Positions 1 through 11,400 of a stretch of 64,000 nucleotides of DNA are shown in pieces. How positions within the stretch are numbered: the stretch's first letter is position 1; each line of letters opens with the position of its first letter. Both the position numbers and the translations under genes were made by a program. The DNA comes from a virus: positions 32,001-96,000 of the IMG/VR virus record IMGVR_UViG_3300021197_001931; one strand, given 5' to 3'. The notes beneath the pieces were generated by a model, which was not told the DNA's origin, ran no database searches, and saw only the letters and a program-made list of their open reading frames with translations.

Positions 1-8
1 ATGATGCG

Positions 9-257
9 ATGCGAGGCCTTATAACTGATGGAAGAATAGGCAATTCTCATCTAGATGTTCCAGGACATGACGGATATAACGGCTTTGGAGGCAAGTGCTT
101 TCCTAAAGATTTAAATGCTTTTATCGGATTGTTTAAACAAGTGGGTGTTGATCCAAAAGTTATGACGTCTGTTTGGGACAAAAATTTAGAAGTTCGACAA
201 GAGTACGATTGGAGAAGCATCGAGGGCGCCGTATCTAAAGGAGAAGAAAATGAGTAG
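9..257 (+). CDS. ugd: UDP-glucose/GDP-mannose dehydrogenase family protein, 3' part (frame stays open to the window start)
   Basis: DGRIG..H..VPG.DG..GFGGKCFPKD matches the catalytic-Cys motif GFGGxCxPKD. The protein ends soon after the central domain. Confidence 0.85.
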   Translation: MRGLITDGRIGNSHLDVPGHDGYNGFGGKCFPKDLNAFIGLFKQVGVDPKVMTSVWDKNLEVRQEYDWRSIEGAVSKGEENE

Positions 258-1125
258 ATGTTTGGTTACGGGACACCGTGGATACATAGGCTCCAAAGTA
301 TATGCAGCCTTGCAGGACAGAGGCCACGAAGTAATGGGCATAGACTTGCAGGATGGGCATGATATATTAATCCGCCTAAAACCAGATACTGATGGAAAAT
401 TTCATCCGCACTGGGCGTCGTTTAAACCAGAATATATATTTCATTTTGCAGCTATTCCAAGAGTTGTATACAGCATCGAGCAACCAGTCCATGTAATAGA
501 GAACAACCTATTAAGCAGCCTCTATATTCTAGAGTTTGCAAGACATGTTGGAGCCAAACGAGTTATTTATTCTAGCTCTTCATCCGTAAGAGGGAATGGA
601 AACGGGCCTGAAAGCCCTTACGCTGCGTCAAAATATATGCCTGAAAGCATGTGCAATGTTTGGTCTTCTTTATACGGCATAGATACTGTGTGCCTTAGAT
701 ACTTTAACGTATATTCGCCGTGTCAAAACGCATCAGGTCCGTATGCCACTGCAATAGCAAATTTTATGGAGTTTATACGCCAAGATAGGGATCCATACAT
801 TACGGGAGACGGAGAGCAGACCCGAGATATGGCGCACCTTGAAGATGTTGTCTCTGCAAATATATTTTGTATGAATCACGAAGGACCATTTGGTGGATCT
901 TTTTTTGATGTTGGTACGGGAGACAATATTTCACTAAACGATATTAAAAAAATTGTTCTAGAATATTTTCCGGATACTAATTTTAAATATGTTGAAGACC
1001 GCCCAGGCGACGTTATGCACACAAAGGCAAATATTCAACCCCTTCGTGATCTTGGATGGCGTCCAAGAAATCAGATAAACAGTGGAATAAGAAGCTGTTT
1101 TAAATCTTTAAAAGATAATTTATAA
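250..1125 (+). CDS. NAD-dependent epimerase/dehydratase (extended SDR, nucleotide-sugar epimerase)
   Basis: Rossmann motif TGHRGYIGS, YSSSSS, catalytic YAASK, LRYFNVY and GDGEQTRD. Confidence 0.92.
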   Translation: MSRCLVTGHRGYIGSKVYAALQDRGHEVMGIDLQDGHDILIRLKPDTDGKFHPHWASFKPEYIFHFAAIPRVVYSIEQPVHVIENNLLSSLYILEFARHVGAKRVIYSSSSSVRGNGNGPESPYAASKYMPESMCNVWSSLYGIDTVCLRYFNVYSPCQNASGPYATAIANFMEFIRQDRDPYITGDGEQTRDMAHLEDVVSANIFCMNHEGPFGGSFFDVGTGDNISLNDIKKIVLEYFPDTNFKYVEDRPGDVMHTKANIQPLRDLGWRPRNQINSGIRSCFKSLKDNL

Positions 1126-1143
1126 AAAAGAAAGGTAAATAAA

Positions 1144-1332
1144 ATGCCAAGAGCAACAAAAAAGGATAATAATATGGAAAACAAGTACACTTCACTTAGT
1201 AAGAGAATTAGCACCATGGCCGATAAGATTGCATCTCTAGAGAACGATCTGTCAATGACTCAAAAGCTTATTCGAGAAGATATGAAAAAAATAATTGATT
1301 TAGTAAGGGAGAATAGAAATGCAAGTCTTTAA
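1144..1332 (+). CDS. hypothetical small coiled-coil protein
   Basis: ORF with AAGGT SD-like site upstream and a heptad pattern. The ATG at 1174 is an alternative start. Confidence 0.6.
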   Translation: MPRATKKDNNMENKYTSLSKRISTMADKIASLENDLSMTQKLIREDMKKIIDLVRENRNASL

Positions 1333-1534
1333 TCTTTCCGATCAAGCACTGGGAGCAGTTATGATGGCTTTGCAAAAGTCCCTAATGGAGCAGTCTGACA
1401 TTGTTCCTGTTTTAAAGGAAATGAATTTTGTTCCGACTGATAGCGGCTTGGTTGTAAATAATCCTCCGTTGGTTAAGTATGAGGCAGACGGAATGGCCCT
1501 CTATGATGAAGTAGAAGATTCAGATAGTGAATAG
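1319..1534 (+). CDS. hypothetical protein
   Basis: SD GGGAG upstream; fits the tight gene packing. Confidence 0.65.
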   Translation: MQVFNLSDQALGAVMMALQKSLMEQSDIVPVLKEMNFVPTDSGLVVNNPPLVKYEADGMALYDEVEDSDSE

Positions 1535-1798
1535 ATGCCAACTTATACATATAAGTGCATAGAGTGTGACCACATATTTGATGAATTTCATTTAATGAGT
1601 GAGACAATAGACAAATGTGTTAAATGCGATTCAGAGCATGTTACTAAGGTTCTGCCTAAAAGTATGAATATGGTATCTAGATCCAATCCCTCTAAGCCTA
1701 AAGTTGGCAACATAGTTAATGATTATATTAAAGATGTAAAACAAGAATTAAAAGAGCAAAAAGAACAATTGTCTTCAAAAGAGTATAAAATTAAATGA
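1535..1798 (+). CDS. FmdB-family zinc-ribbon protein
   Basis: MPTYTYKCIECDHIF...CVKCDS, the typical MPxYxYxCxxC...CxxC pattern. Confidence 0.85.
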   Translation: MPTYTYKCIECDHIFDEFHLMSETIDKCVKCDSEHVTKVLPKSMNMVSRSNPSKPKVGNIVNDYIKDVKQELKEQKEQLSSKEYKIK

Positions 1799-2109
1799 TA
1801 ACACTGTCCATAATACTTTTTATATCTCTTGGAATTAACGTTCTTTTAGTCTGGTATTGTCGAAGACTAACCAGGCAGTTTGTGTTTTTTACCAAGAATG
1901 TTATTGAGTTAGAGAATAAGTTAAATCTTTTTGATACTCATTTGAATAGCGTCTATCAGCTTGAGATGTTTTATGGGGACGATACTCTAGATTCTTTAAT
2001 TAAACATTCAAAAGATCTAGTTAGTTCTATGAAACAATTTAATGATAGTTTTATTTTAGAAGATGAAGAGGGTTCCGAAGAAGAACAAAATTTTGAGGAA
2101 CAAGAGTAG
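1795..2109 (+). CDS. hypothetical membrane-anchored protein
   Basis: N-terminal hydrophobic helix, coiled coil and acidic tail; ATGA overlap with the upstream gene. Confidence 0.7.
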   Translation: MITLSIILFISLGINVLLVWYCRRLTRQFVFFTKNVIELENKLNLFDTHLNSVYQLEMFYGDDTLDSLIKHSKDLVSSMKQFNDSFILEDEEGSEEEQNFEEQE

Positions 2110-2811
2110 ATGGCAGCTAGAAAAGGTCGTAAAAGATCAAAAAATAAGCAATACTATTTTACCAAAGAGCACGAAAACGCAATAGTTCAATATGCCAACA
2201 CAAGAGATGTTCGTAAGAGAACAGAGCTATATATTGAATATATAGAGCCAGCCTTTAGTGAAATGGTTGATAAAGTAGTTTTTACTTATAAGTTTACATC
2301 TTTACCAAACATAGACGCCTTGAGAGAGGAATGTAAGGTTTGGCTAACGACAATACTTGATAAATATGACCCGTCCAAGGGGTCAAAGGCATTTTCATAC
2401 TTTTCAGTAATAACGAAAAATTGGTTCATACATAAAGTAAAAAAAACAACTGCCCGTTCTAGAAGAGAGACAGATCTTGAAGATATAACAGGTGATATAG
2501 AGCAAAGATACCTGTCATCATACAACCCCTATCACCACGATAGAGAGGATAAGGAATTTTGGCATTTTTTGTGGAAAGAGATAGACACCTGGGACAGCAT
2601 ATCTTTAAAAGAAAATGAAAAAAAAGTTTTAGAAGCTGTAAAGATAATACTTTCAAGCCCAGACGAAATTGAAATTTTTAATAAAAAGGCTATTTATTTA
2701 TACCTTCGTGAAATAACCGGCCTCAATACAAAACAAGTCGTAAATAATTTAAATAAGATGCGTATTAAGTACCGTGTTTTCAAAGGTAAATGGAATCGCG
2801 GGGACATTTAA
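2110..2811 (+). CDS. late-transcription sigma factor, T4 gp55-like
   Basis: YYF..E.E.AI N-terminus and KYDPSKGSKAFSYFSVITKNWF, a sigma region 2 pattern like gp55 FDPEKSxNPFAYFT. Confidence 0.75.
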   Translation: MAARKGRKRSKNKQYYFTKEHENAIVQYANTRDVRKRTELYIEYIEPAFSEMVDKVVFTYKFTSLPNIDALREECKVWLTTILDKYDPSKGSKAFSYFSVITKNWFIHKVKKTTARSRRETDLEDITGDIEQRYLSSYNPYHHDREDKEFWHFLWKEIDTWDSISLKENEKKVLEAVKIILSSPDEIEIFNKKAIYLYLREITGLNTKQVVNNLNKMRIKYRVFKGKWNRGDI

Positions 2812-3101
2812 TGAGAGACTTAAACGCATATCTTGCTGAAGCTATAGAAAATATTAGAAAAGACCGAGAAGTAACAAAAGAACTGCTTGACGATGTAATG
2901 CAATACATGTCTAAGGACGAGAATAGTCACAAAGAAGTTGGACAAACAGCAGCTAAATATGTTGAAACGCTTCAAAGATCAAACGAGCAGTTGGTAAAAG
3001 TCAGCACTATTATACATAAGCGAGAGAGCGCCGTAGGCCACCTTGGCCTATCTGATAAAGATAAGGATGATCTATTTGACTTGATTAAGGAATCACAGTA
3101 A
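2811..3101 (+). CDS. hypothetical helical protein
   Basis: Start chosen at the TAATG overlap with the sigma stop codon (ORF track uses 2790). Confidence 0.65.
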   Translation: MRDLNAYLAEAIENIRKDREVTKELLDDVMQYMSKDENSHKEVGQTAAKYVETLQRSNEQLVKVSTIIHKRESAVGHLGLSDKDKDDLFDLIKESQ

Positions 3102-4504
3102 TGGCAGACGAATCTATAACTGTTGTATCTTTAGATGAAGAGCATAATGATAAGAGGTCAAACCCATATAGATCGACTGCTGACCCACTTGCCCTTGCCT
3201 CTGGCGAAGATATGCCACATAAGATTATTAAGGAATCGGCATTAGAAAACCAGAGAAAAAACTACTTTGAAGACACAAAAACGTTCCAAGCCACTGTATT
3301 AAGAGTAAATGGTGATAGATCTACCGTAAAAAGAAGGGCCGTTTTCTCAGGGACAGGAGAAAATGAAAGGGATTTCATATCAGTTCAAGCAAGAATACCA
3401 GTATTGCACAAGATGATCCCAAAACCCAAAATGATCCCACCTTCCAGCGAAGATGCTATAAAAAATAAGGGCATAATAGAGATGCACCCAACTTTTGTAG
3501 CTAGGTCTGAGGGAGAATTGTCAACTATAGGCGAGGGCGATGTAATATTGGTTCAATTCAACAAAGGCCCTGGGCACGGGATGCAGATTGATGGGCACAT
3601 TTTAAAAATTTATCAGAAGGCAACCATAAGAGGTGACTCTGAAAACGGGGAAGACTCAGAACAATTAGCAAGAGTTTTTGTTTCTGATACTGAAAATGCA
3701 ACCATGGGCGAAATACTCTCATCAGAGAGAACCAGGCTTAATGCTCCAGGGCAGGCCTCAGAAGAGCCCGCATCTATATTTACTTGGGACCAATTAGGAA
3801 CAATTGTAGAAAAGGGTGGCCTGGAAAAAATTCTAAACTACCTTTCAAGCAAAGAAAGTTTAAACAACTTTAATGCTGTAAATCGTGGCCGAGGCGGAGA
3901 CTCTCCTGGGGATGCGCGTGATTATATTATTGAAAATCCTCAGAATTTAACAGAGATGAACATTTCTAAAGTCATTGAGCTTCAAAAGGGAGGGTCTTAT
4001 ACACAGAATGTTGATATGACCCCAGTCCGCGCGACTGGAGTAACCCCTAGTGAAAGACCAGGGTTTCTTGCTGTTGGTGCGTATCAGATGATACCCGAAA
4101 CTTTAAAAAGAATTAAAAATAGGGCCGGCTGCCCTACAAATACGATTTTTAATGAAAACACTCAGAAAAGACTATGTGCCGATTTATTGCTTTCAGATAA
4201 TAAAAACTTAGGAAATTATTTACTAAGTAAATACGATAATTCAGAAAGAGCTGCTCAAGTTGTAGCATATATTTGGGCCTCCATACCATTGCAATATTAC
4301 TACGAAGAAACTGGTTGTAATAGAGGAGACAGCGCATATTGTAGAGATAGCGCTGGTAACAGGGCCTCATCGTCAACTAGTCCAGAAGAGGTAATATCAA
4401 TAATTCAAAGTGCTAGACAAGACATGCAACCTCTTTTAGAGGAGCTGGGAATATCAAGAGAAACAGAAGAAGCTGCTAGCGAACCCACGGAAACGGCGGA
4501 GTAA
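3101..4504 (+). CDS. baseplate hub/tail lysin: gp5-like N-terminal OB-fold plus lambda-type lysozyme (lytic transglycosylase) domain
   Basis: VQARIPVLH and GDVILVQF resemble the gp5 OB-fold. SKES...AVGAYQMIPETL...F...Q...WASIP is the lambda-lysozyme-like signature. Confidence 0.65.
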   Translation: MADESITVVSLDEEHNDKRSNPYRSTADPLALASGEDMPHKIIKESALENQRKNYFEDTKTFQATVLRVNGDRSTVKRRAVFSGTGENERDFISVQARIPVLHKMIPKPKMIPPSSEDAIKNKGIIEMHPTFVARSEGELSTIGEGDVILVQFNKGPGHGMQIDGHILKIYQKATIRGDSENGEDSEQLARVFVSDTENATMGEILSSERTRLNAPGQASEEPASIFTWDQLGTIVEKGGLEKILNYLSSKESLNNFNAVNRGRGGDSPGDARDYIIENPQNLTEMNISKVIELQKGGSYTQNVDMTPVRATGVTPSERPGFLAVGAYQMIPETLKRIKNRAGCPTNTIFNENTQKRLCADLLLSDNKNLGNYLLSKYDNSERAAQVVAYIWASIPLQYYYEETGCNRGDSAYCRDSAGNRASSSTSPEEVISIIQSARQDMQPLLEELGISRETEEAASEPTETAE

Positions 4505-4506
4505 AA

Positions 4507-5463
4507 ATGAGTAACGACAAAAGAAAATCAAGAGATTTTTCTGGGCTAGACCCAAAAGAGCAAAAAATGTGGGCCGCAGGGCTCACAGGGGATGAGAATG
4601 CTAGAACATCTGGTGTTGGCAACAGTCCCTTAAAAGAGGCAGTTCCAAATTATCAACGTGGGTTGTTTGGTGGCTGTGAAACTAAAATATCTGGAAAAAA
4701 CAATACATGGATCATTTTAGGTCGAGATAGGCCACATGATTCCATGTCTGGATATGGAGGTAAAGCGAACACCCAAGCCGGTGCGATTGACATTGTTGTC
4801 GGTAGGATGGGAAACCTAAAAGAGACCCCCAAAGGGGGTATTAGGGTAGATCCTAATTTCTTTGCTGATTCAGCTAGAATTTACATCAGTCAGAAGGCAG
4901 ACATTGACGATTATTTTAAATTAGTTGGAGATACACAGCACGAGGGAATGTCAGGAATCGGTATTAAGGCAGATGGCGTCAGAATAATTGGAAGAAGGGG
5001 TGTTAAAATAGTTTCCGGTGCTGGTAAAAATAAAGCATTAGGCAAAGAGCTTGACTCTTTGGGGCGCCCGCTGGAGAGCAAGGAAGGTATTGAATTAATA
5101 GGGGCAAATGATGTTGGCGCAAACCCTTTAGAGCCCTTAGTGAAAGCCTACAGGCTTGCGGATACGTTGAAGATTTTAGTAGATGAAATTATGGATTTAA
5201 GAGGTATTGTCGATGCGCTCTCTGCAAAGCAAACAAAGATAAACCAGGTTATAGGGGCACATACGCATCAAGTTGCAGGTGTCCAGGCCACCCCTTCAGG
5301 AGAGTTGGCATCATTCACATCTATATATGAAGCGCAAAAAATGGACCAAGTGAATAGCAAATTATATAAACTTGGCATCAAGATGGGAAATAATTTTGTT
5401 ACTAATCGTTTAGAACCAACGGGCAATAAATGGTTTGGAAGTATGTTTAACAAAACTAACTAG
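4507..5463 (+). CDS. baseplate central spike protein (gp5 C-terminal/gpV-like)
   Basis: Beta-rich repeats (ARIYISQK, GIKADGVRIIGRRGVKI), an HxH tip motif (AHTHQ), and position in the baseplate block. Confidence 0.55.
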   Translation: MSNDKRKSRDFSGLDPKEQKMWAAGLTGDENARTSGVGNSPLKEAVPNYQRGLFGGCETKISGKNNTWIILGRDRPHDSMSGYGGKANTQAGAIDIVVGRMGNLKETPKGGIRVDPNFFADSARIYISQKADIDDYFKLVGDTQHEGMSGIGIKADGVRIIGRRGVKIVSGAGKNKALGKELDSLGRPLESKEGIELIGANDVGANPLEPLVKAYRLADTLKILVDEIMDLRGIVDALSAKQTKINQVIGAHTHQVAGVQATPSGELASFTSIYEAQKMDQVNSKLYKLGIKMGNNFVTNRLEPTGNKWFGSMFNKTN

Positions 5464-5475
5464 GGAATTGGCATT

Positions 5476-8400
5476 ATGACAGTTGAAGTAGGCAGTTATA
5501 TCAAGAGAGTGAGGTGGTTGCAAGAGATCATTGAGCCTCTTTTTGCTAGCACATACATTAGAAGATTTTTTGAAGACTTAGGTACTGGTGATCCCCTACA
5601 GTCAAATCGGGCAGATGGTTATGTAAACGGCGAGGTTATTGTTTATGGTGACGGTGGCCGTGATCCATACGATCCTTATTTTCAAAATGAAGATTTAGAG
5701 TTTATAAATCCAGAGGATGGGCCAACATTTAGGGTCTATTCAGAGTGGCGCATAAGGTTTTTAAGCGAATGGAGCGACTCAGAACTTATCTCCTGGCTTG
5801 CAAATACCATGTCCCCAAGAATATTTCAAGCTCTTACTTATCTTACTAACGTCTATGGTCCGCTAGATAAGTACGATGAAATGCTGGGGAATAATTGGGG
5901 CACAGCGACAATGGCGGCTATGAGAGACTATTCCTCTGGAGTTAACACAAATTTTTTCGATAACCTAGGCATCCGCCACACCACTCTTGGCCCAGCAGCC
6001 CCGGACATAGACGTACAAATTATTAATGCTTCAAAAGTCGTAAGGACGCTTTTGATATTTGATGATGGGTATGGTTGCGTCTCTAGAGAGGAGAGGCAGA
6101 ACCCAGAACTATATTCATATCCAGATAAAATGCCTGTTAAATTCTCTACGACTTATTTCACATCGAGATTTAAGGCATTAGGGTATCCTCCACATGGAGA
6201 GCCAGCAGGAGTATTTTCTTATTCAACCCGTGTTGGGATAGAGAATCACCCAGATCGCCGAGATGGCGCGTGCCCATTTCCGATAAATCCAGCGTACTTT
6301 ACTGCATGGACTGAAAATGCATTCCCACAGGAGGAGGAGGTAGAGGTCACAGAATACAGTTCAATTGGAACTGAGCATGGTAGCTATGATTATACAACTT
6401 ATCGATACCCTGGCGTTAGAGAGATAGCATGTCCGATACTCCCGGATCCAACGTTTCTTGGAGCAGGGGAGGCAGGAATTCCTCCAACTCTACAGGCTAG
6501 GCACCCATGTCCTGAAACAGATTTAACAGAGGAGTTTATAAGAGAACCAGTATGCACGCCAGATAGTAGTTTTTTGGAACCAGAATGGACAGCGGAGATG
6601 CGTTCTTTTTTGAATTCCAGAGTTTGTGAATATTATGTTCCTGTCCAAACCCCATATGGGTGCCCAGGAGGGGATGGACTGGCAGAATATGCAAGAGAAT
6701 TTTCTGAACAAGCCGTTCAAAGTTTACTTGACTTTTTGAACAAGGAAGCTACCGAGCAACAGACAAATATACTAGTAAATTTTGTTTTAGAAGAATTATA
6801 CTATGACTTTGATAAAGCTCCAAATGTTGATCTTAAGTTATTATACAGGTGGCCGTTTGCTCTGGTTAAAGCACTAAAGCTTGATGACAGAAATTCCCCC
6901 TCAATTAACGAATCTCCAAATGCGGGAAGCGATGTGGAATTTTCTTCTTCAAGCTTACTTTCAGATCTTGATACATTAAAATTAATTTTAGAAATTATAG
7001 GACCACAACAGGTAGATCTCTGGTCATCAGAGAAAGCGAAAATTATAATTACTGGTACAGCGAGAGAGGCAGACATCTTACAAGAGTCGCGCAACATACT
7101 AACCCTTAAGACTGCAATAACTGACTTTTTAAATTCAAATAATTACGTTTTCCCACCAGCAGTGGTTGAACAGGCTGCAGGGTCTCAATTCCCCATACCA
7201 GATAGTGGCGTAGCGGCTGACAGTCTAAAGATCGTTTATGACGAACAATATAATTTTGTATCTATTTTTGTGCGTGGTGATGGCTCTGATTATTTACAAT
7301 TAAATGAGAGGCTTTTGCCAGAAGACAGCGCTCTTCGAAATCAGACAATGGTGTCCTACTTGGCAAACTTAAATGACATAATCCTTGATTACAATAATAG
7401 CCAAGAGTTGCAGTTACTACCATTCTTACAAAAATATCATCAACCTGCTGTTCGTATTTCGTATCAATCGGGAATCTCAGAGCCCACACTTCTTCCAGAC
7501 AATTGCTCAGGTGGAGTTCTTGAAGATGTTACCAATTCGATATTAGATAGCTTAGTTGATTCTGCAAATGAGTTTGTTGGCAAGTTTGCTAGTAATTTGT
7601 GTATGACATCTGAACAAGTGGCACAAAAGGAGCGCGATTATCTTTCATCTCTGGAGAGTCTTAAAGATATTGTAAGCGAGCAGAATTTAAAAAATGTTTT
7701 TCTACAAGATCCGCTCATAGCGAATATTGATAGGCTCATAAAATCAATCAACAATAGTGAGGATGTGGTTAAAGCTGCTTGGGCAAACTTGTTTGATAAA
7801 ATGACCGCATGTGGCTTATTTAATCTTGTAACAAAAACAATAGAAACAATTGCAAAAGTAGACTTCTGTGGGCTATCGCCAGAGGCCATCTTGACAGTAG
7901 CTATAAAATCATCTTTAAAAAATATAGACACGGGCGTATTGCGAAGAATATATGAAGGACTGCCAGAAAATACAAAAAATGAGTTACTTGATAACTACTC
8001 AGAAAGATTTAGACAGTTTATTGAGGATAGTGGATATAATGGATCAACTGCATTCCCATGGGATCTAGAGGAGCAAAACAGGCAAGCAGAGAGAGACTCC
8101 AGAGAAAACAGAATAATATATGATGGTTCTTTGTTTACTTCTCCATCACTGGAGCAAACACAATCTAGGTACGTAAATTCTTATAGGGCCGGATATCGTG
8201 CTGGCTTAGAGTATGACCCACTTTCGGAGGACGAGGAGGAAATAGATTTATCATCCGGACAGTTTGATGAAGGATCTTTTTGGGCTGGGTATGTAGCTGC
8301 CAGAGGAGATGTAGAGCTAGGAATACCAGGAGACCCAAACTCAATTGTTCCTCCTCGCAGATCGGATGTATTAACTGATGCTGAGAGATTAGAAACTAAT

Positions 8401-11400
8401 TCTCCAAATGTAAACTCTAGCGCCTTTGGCAGGTTGGCTGGTGGGCTTGTTGCCGATACATTTAAGATTTCAATTGAAATATTTGTGGAGACATTGGGGG
8501 ACTTATTGAGCTTTGATGAGCTGCTAGAACAGACTGGCGACTTGCCTGTTGTCGGTGCATTAATTAAATCAGTTCCAGAAATAGCAAAATGTGCTGTTGA
8601 TATAAAGTTAATATCTAATGGGCAAGAACTTAACGTAGGATCAATACAAAATAATCTACAAAATGGTTTTAAAGGAGACATATGTGATATTATAGGAGGA
8701 TTAAAATCTTTGACATTGCCAGATATTGAGGCAAAGCTTAATTCTTCTTTGAATACCAGGACGCTAAAGGCGGCTTTTCTAAATGCTCTTTTGCCTGTTA
8801 TTAGAAATTTATTAATAAAGATTTTATTAAATACTTTGTTGAAAATCATAAGTAAAACAACTGGAGTTTTAAAGGGCGCTCTATGTGAGGCTGCAAAAAG
8901 CAATATCTCATCGGCTATCGAGGGATCCATAGCTGGAAATGTAGCAACACAGGTGTACATTCCCCCAGGGAATATAGGCAACTTGTTTGCTGAGGCCTTC
9001 TGCGGACCCTCTACCACCCCAGAGCAGGCAGCTGACCAGGCCTTCTCAACCATCTCTTCTTTGGTTGAGGGCGGCACTCCTGATTCTTCTTGCTCTTTGA
9101 TAGATTCATTATCTAGACGCCTTAGAATGGATCAATTGCTAGACCTACTACAAGGAGACGCTAGTGAAAGCGTAGTTCAGGTTGTATTAAGTATATCAAG
9201 GAATGATTGCCCTGAATTTTCAGATTTCTTATTTGATGAAGCATCAGTAAGATCATTTTTTGTAAACCTCTCAACTTCGTTTACTGATGAATTCCTAAAC
9301 GAAACTAGAGATAGTTTGGAAACTTTTGGGGCAAACCGAGGAGATATAGTTACGACTTGTGATATTGATCCTGATATATCTGGACTAGAGCAGGCGCTTC
9401 GAGAAGAGTGTGGAGATAACATATCAGAGGAACAGATACAGCAACAGATAGAATCATTTAGAAGGAGGGTGGAACAAACAGTAGATGATTTGACCTCCAT
9501 AATGTCAAGTGGCTTTGATAGTTCCATGGAAGACACAATTCAAAATACCTTAGCAAGTGTAGTACCTAAAGACGACCCTACAAATGTAATTTTGGTAAAA
9601 CAGGTTGTTGATAGTATGTTTGACCCTCTATATTCATCTTACTCAAGAGGATTACTGGCGCCGGTAGCTCCAAATGGGAATTGTGGGTATCTAAACGCAG
9701 TCTTATCTAATAAGAAGGCAGTGCCACTAAAAGGCCAGTTTACCGCATTTCGAGCACTTTCATCTCTAGCCTTTGGACCAATGTCTGCCATGTTACCAGG
9801 CGGGGGAGGTGCAGCAGAGGAGATTATTAGCAGTTTAAGGATGGATTTTTTTGGACCGGACACTGGAGAAAGGCCCACTGAAAAACCAGGGACAATTGGC
9901 TCTCAGCTATTAGATGTTTTTAATAATGGAGAATATTTTTCATTTTCTTCTGATTTTTCAAACGATTATATCGAATTAACTTATGATGGCCCAATAGAAT
10001 TACCAATATTTAATTTAAATTATAATTTTATTACAAATGAAGCGTCTTTAACAAGATATAGTGCTCTTGGGATTGAGAGAAACCAGGACAGCACGACCCT
10101 GGGACCGGGGTCTATGAGACTTGTGGCCCCAGAATCAGATGAAACTTTTGGGGAAGTGCAGGAATATCTAAATAATAATTCATCCGGAATATCCCCAATC
10201 GAGCTTGCTAGGCCATTTTTTCCATCTTTAGCAAGTTCGCCGACTCCACTTACAATAGGTTCATCGGTTATACTACATAACTTGTCTTCAACTGGCGTTG
10301 TTGATCCTCTTTCGCCTGGTTTGTATGGTACGAATTTTTCAAGTATAGCAGTGAATGTAGCTTCTTTTATAAAAACACTTAGAGCCAGAGTGCTCCTATC
10401 TTTAGCAAAATCAATAACGTATAATTCTAATGCGTTTGCATATGGAGAATACATATTTGATGAAGTATCGGATACACAACTTATTCCATCCGTTGACCCA
10501 GCCCTCACTGAAAGGGGTTATGATGTATTTTATCTAGATGATGGAAATATAGTAGTGGTGCCACCAAGGAAAGGAGGGTGGCTTGAATTAAAAGACATTC
10601 TTTTGCCCGAGAGGCAAAGTGAATATTGCTGTCCTGACAGGAGAGACTTGCTAGATGTTCAATCAATTAAGAGCGCGGCTTTAAGCTCTTTTGAATCTTT
10701 GTCTGAGGATCCAAGATTAAACGAAAACCCACGAACAGTAAGGGAGGCTCCGTATGCACATATTTTAGGCAGGACCACTGCTGCTTGTATGGAGGGTGTC
10801 GTTGTAGCAACCATAAGAACACATATAATCGAATGCATGTTGAATGGCTATGCAAGTTTCAGTAAGTATAAGACAAATATCCCATCTGCTTATTCTGATT
10901 TACTAGCAGATTATGTTAGCAAAAAAATGAGGGGCGGCCTTAGAACGCAGCGCCCCACCCCGCAGTTCCCAGCATCTCAGGGCACCGACCTTTATGGATA
11001 CTGGAATGAATTTCTTGAACAAGCTGTTCAGGTGTATATAAATCGTGCGAATTCTGGACGAATAACAATAACAGCGGCGGCAGACGCCGCACTTAGATCG
11101 ATAAGTAGCTTTTCTGCGCAATATAGATACCCCCAAAGAGGAGACCTCAGAGAAGCCCGAACATCTAGGCCTGGGATTACTCTTAAAAAATTGAGAAGAG
11201 ATGAGAATATAAAGGCAATTCAACAAACTGAAGACGAGGCAATTGTTATTTTAAGACATTTAGTAAAGGAAGAATTTAATAGAATATCTCAAACAATAGA
11301 TGAAATCTTCCCAACTCCTGGGGGCGGTTGGGTCTCCAACATTGGTATAGATTTTCTTAAAAATGGCTATTACATAGAAAATAGAAATGTTTTTGATATT

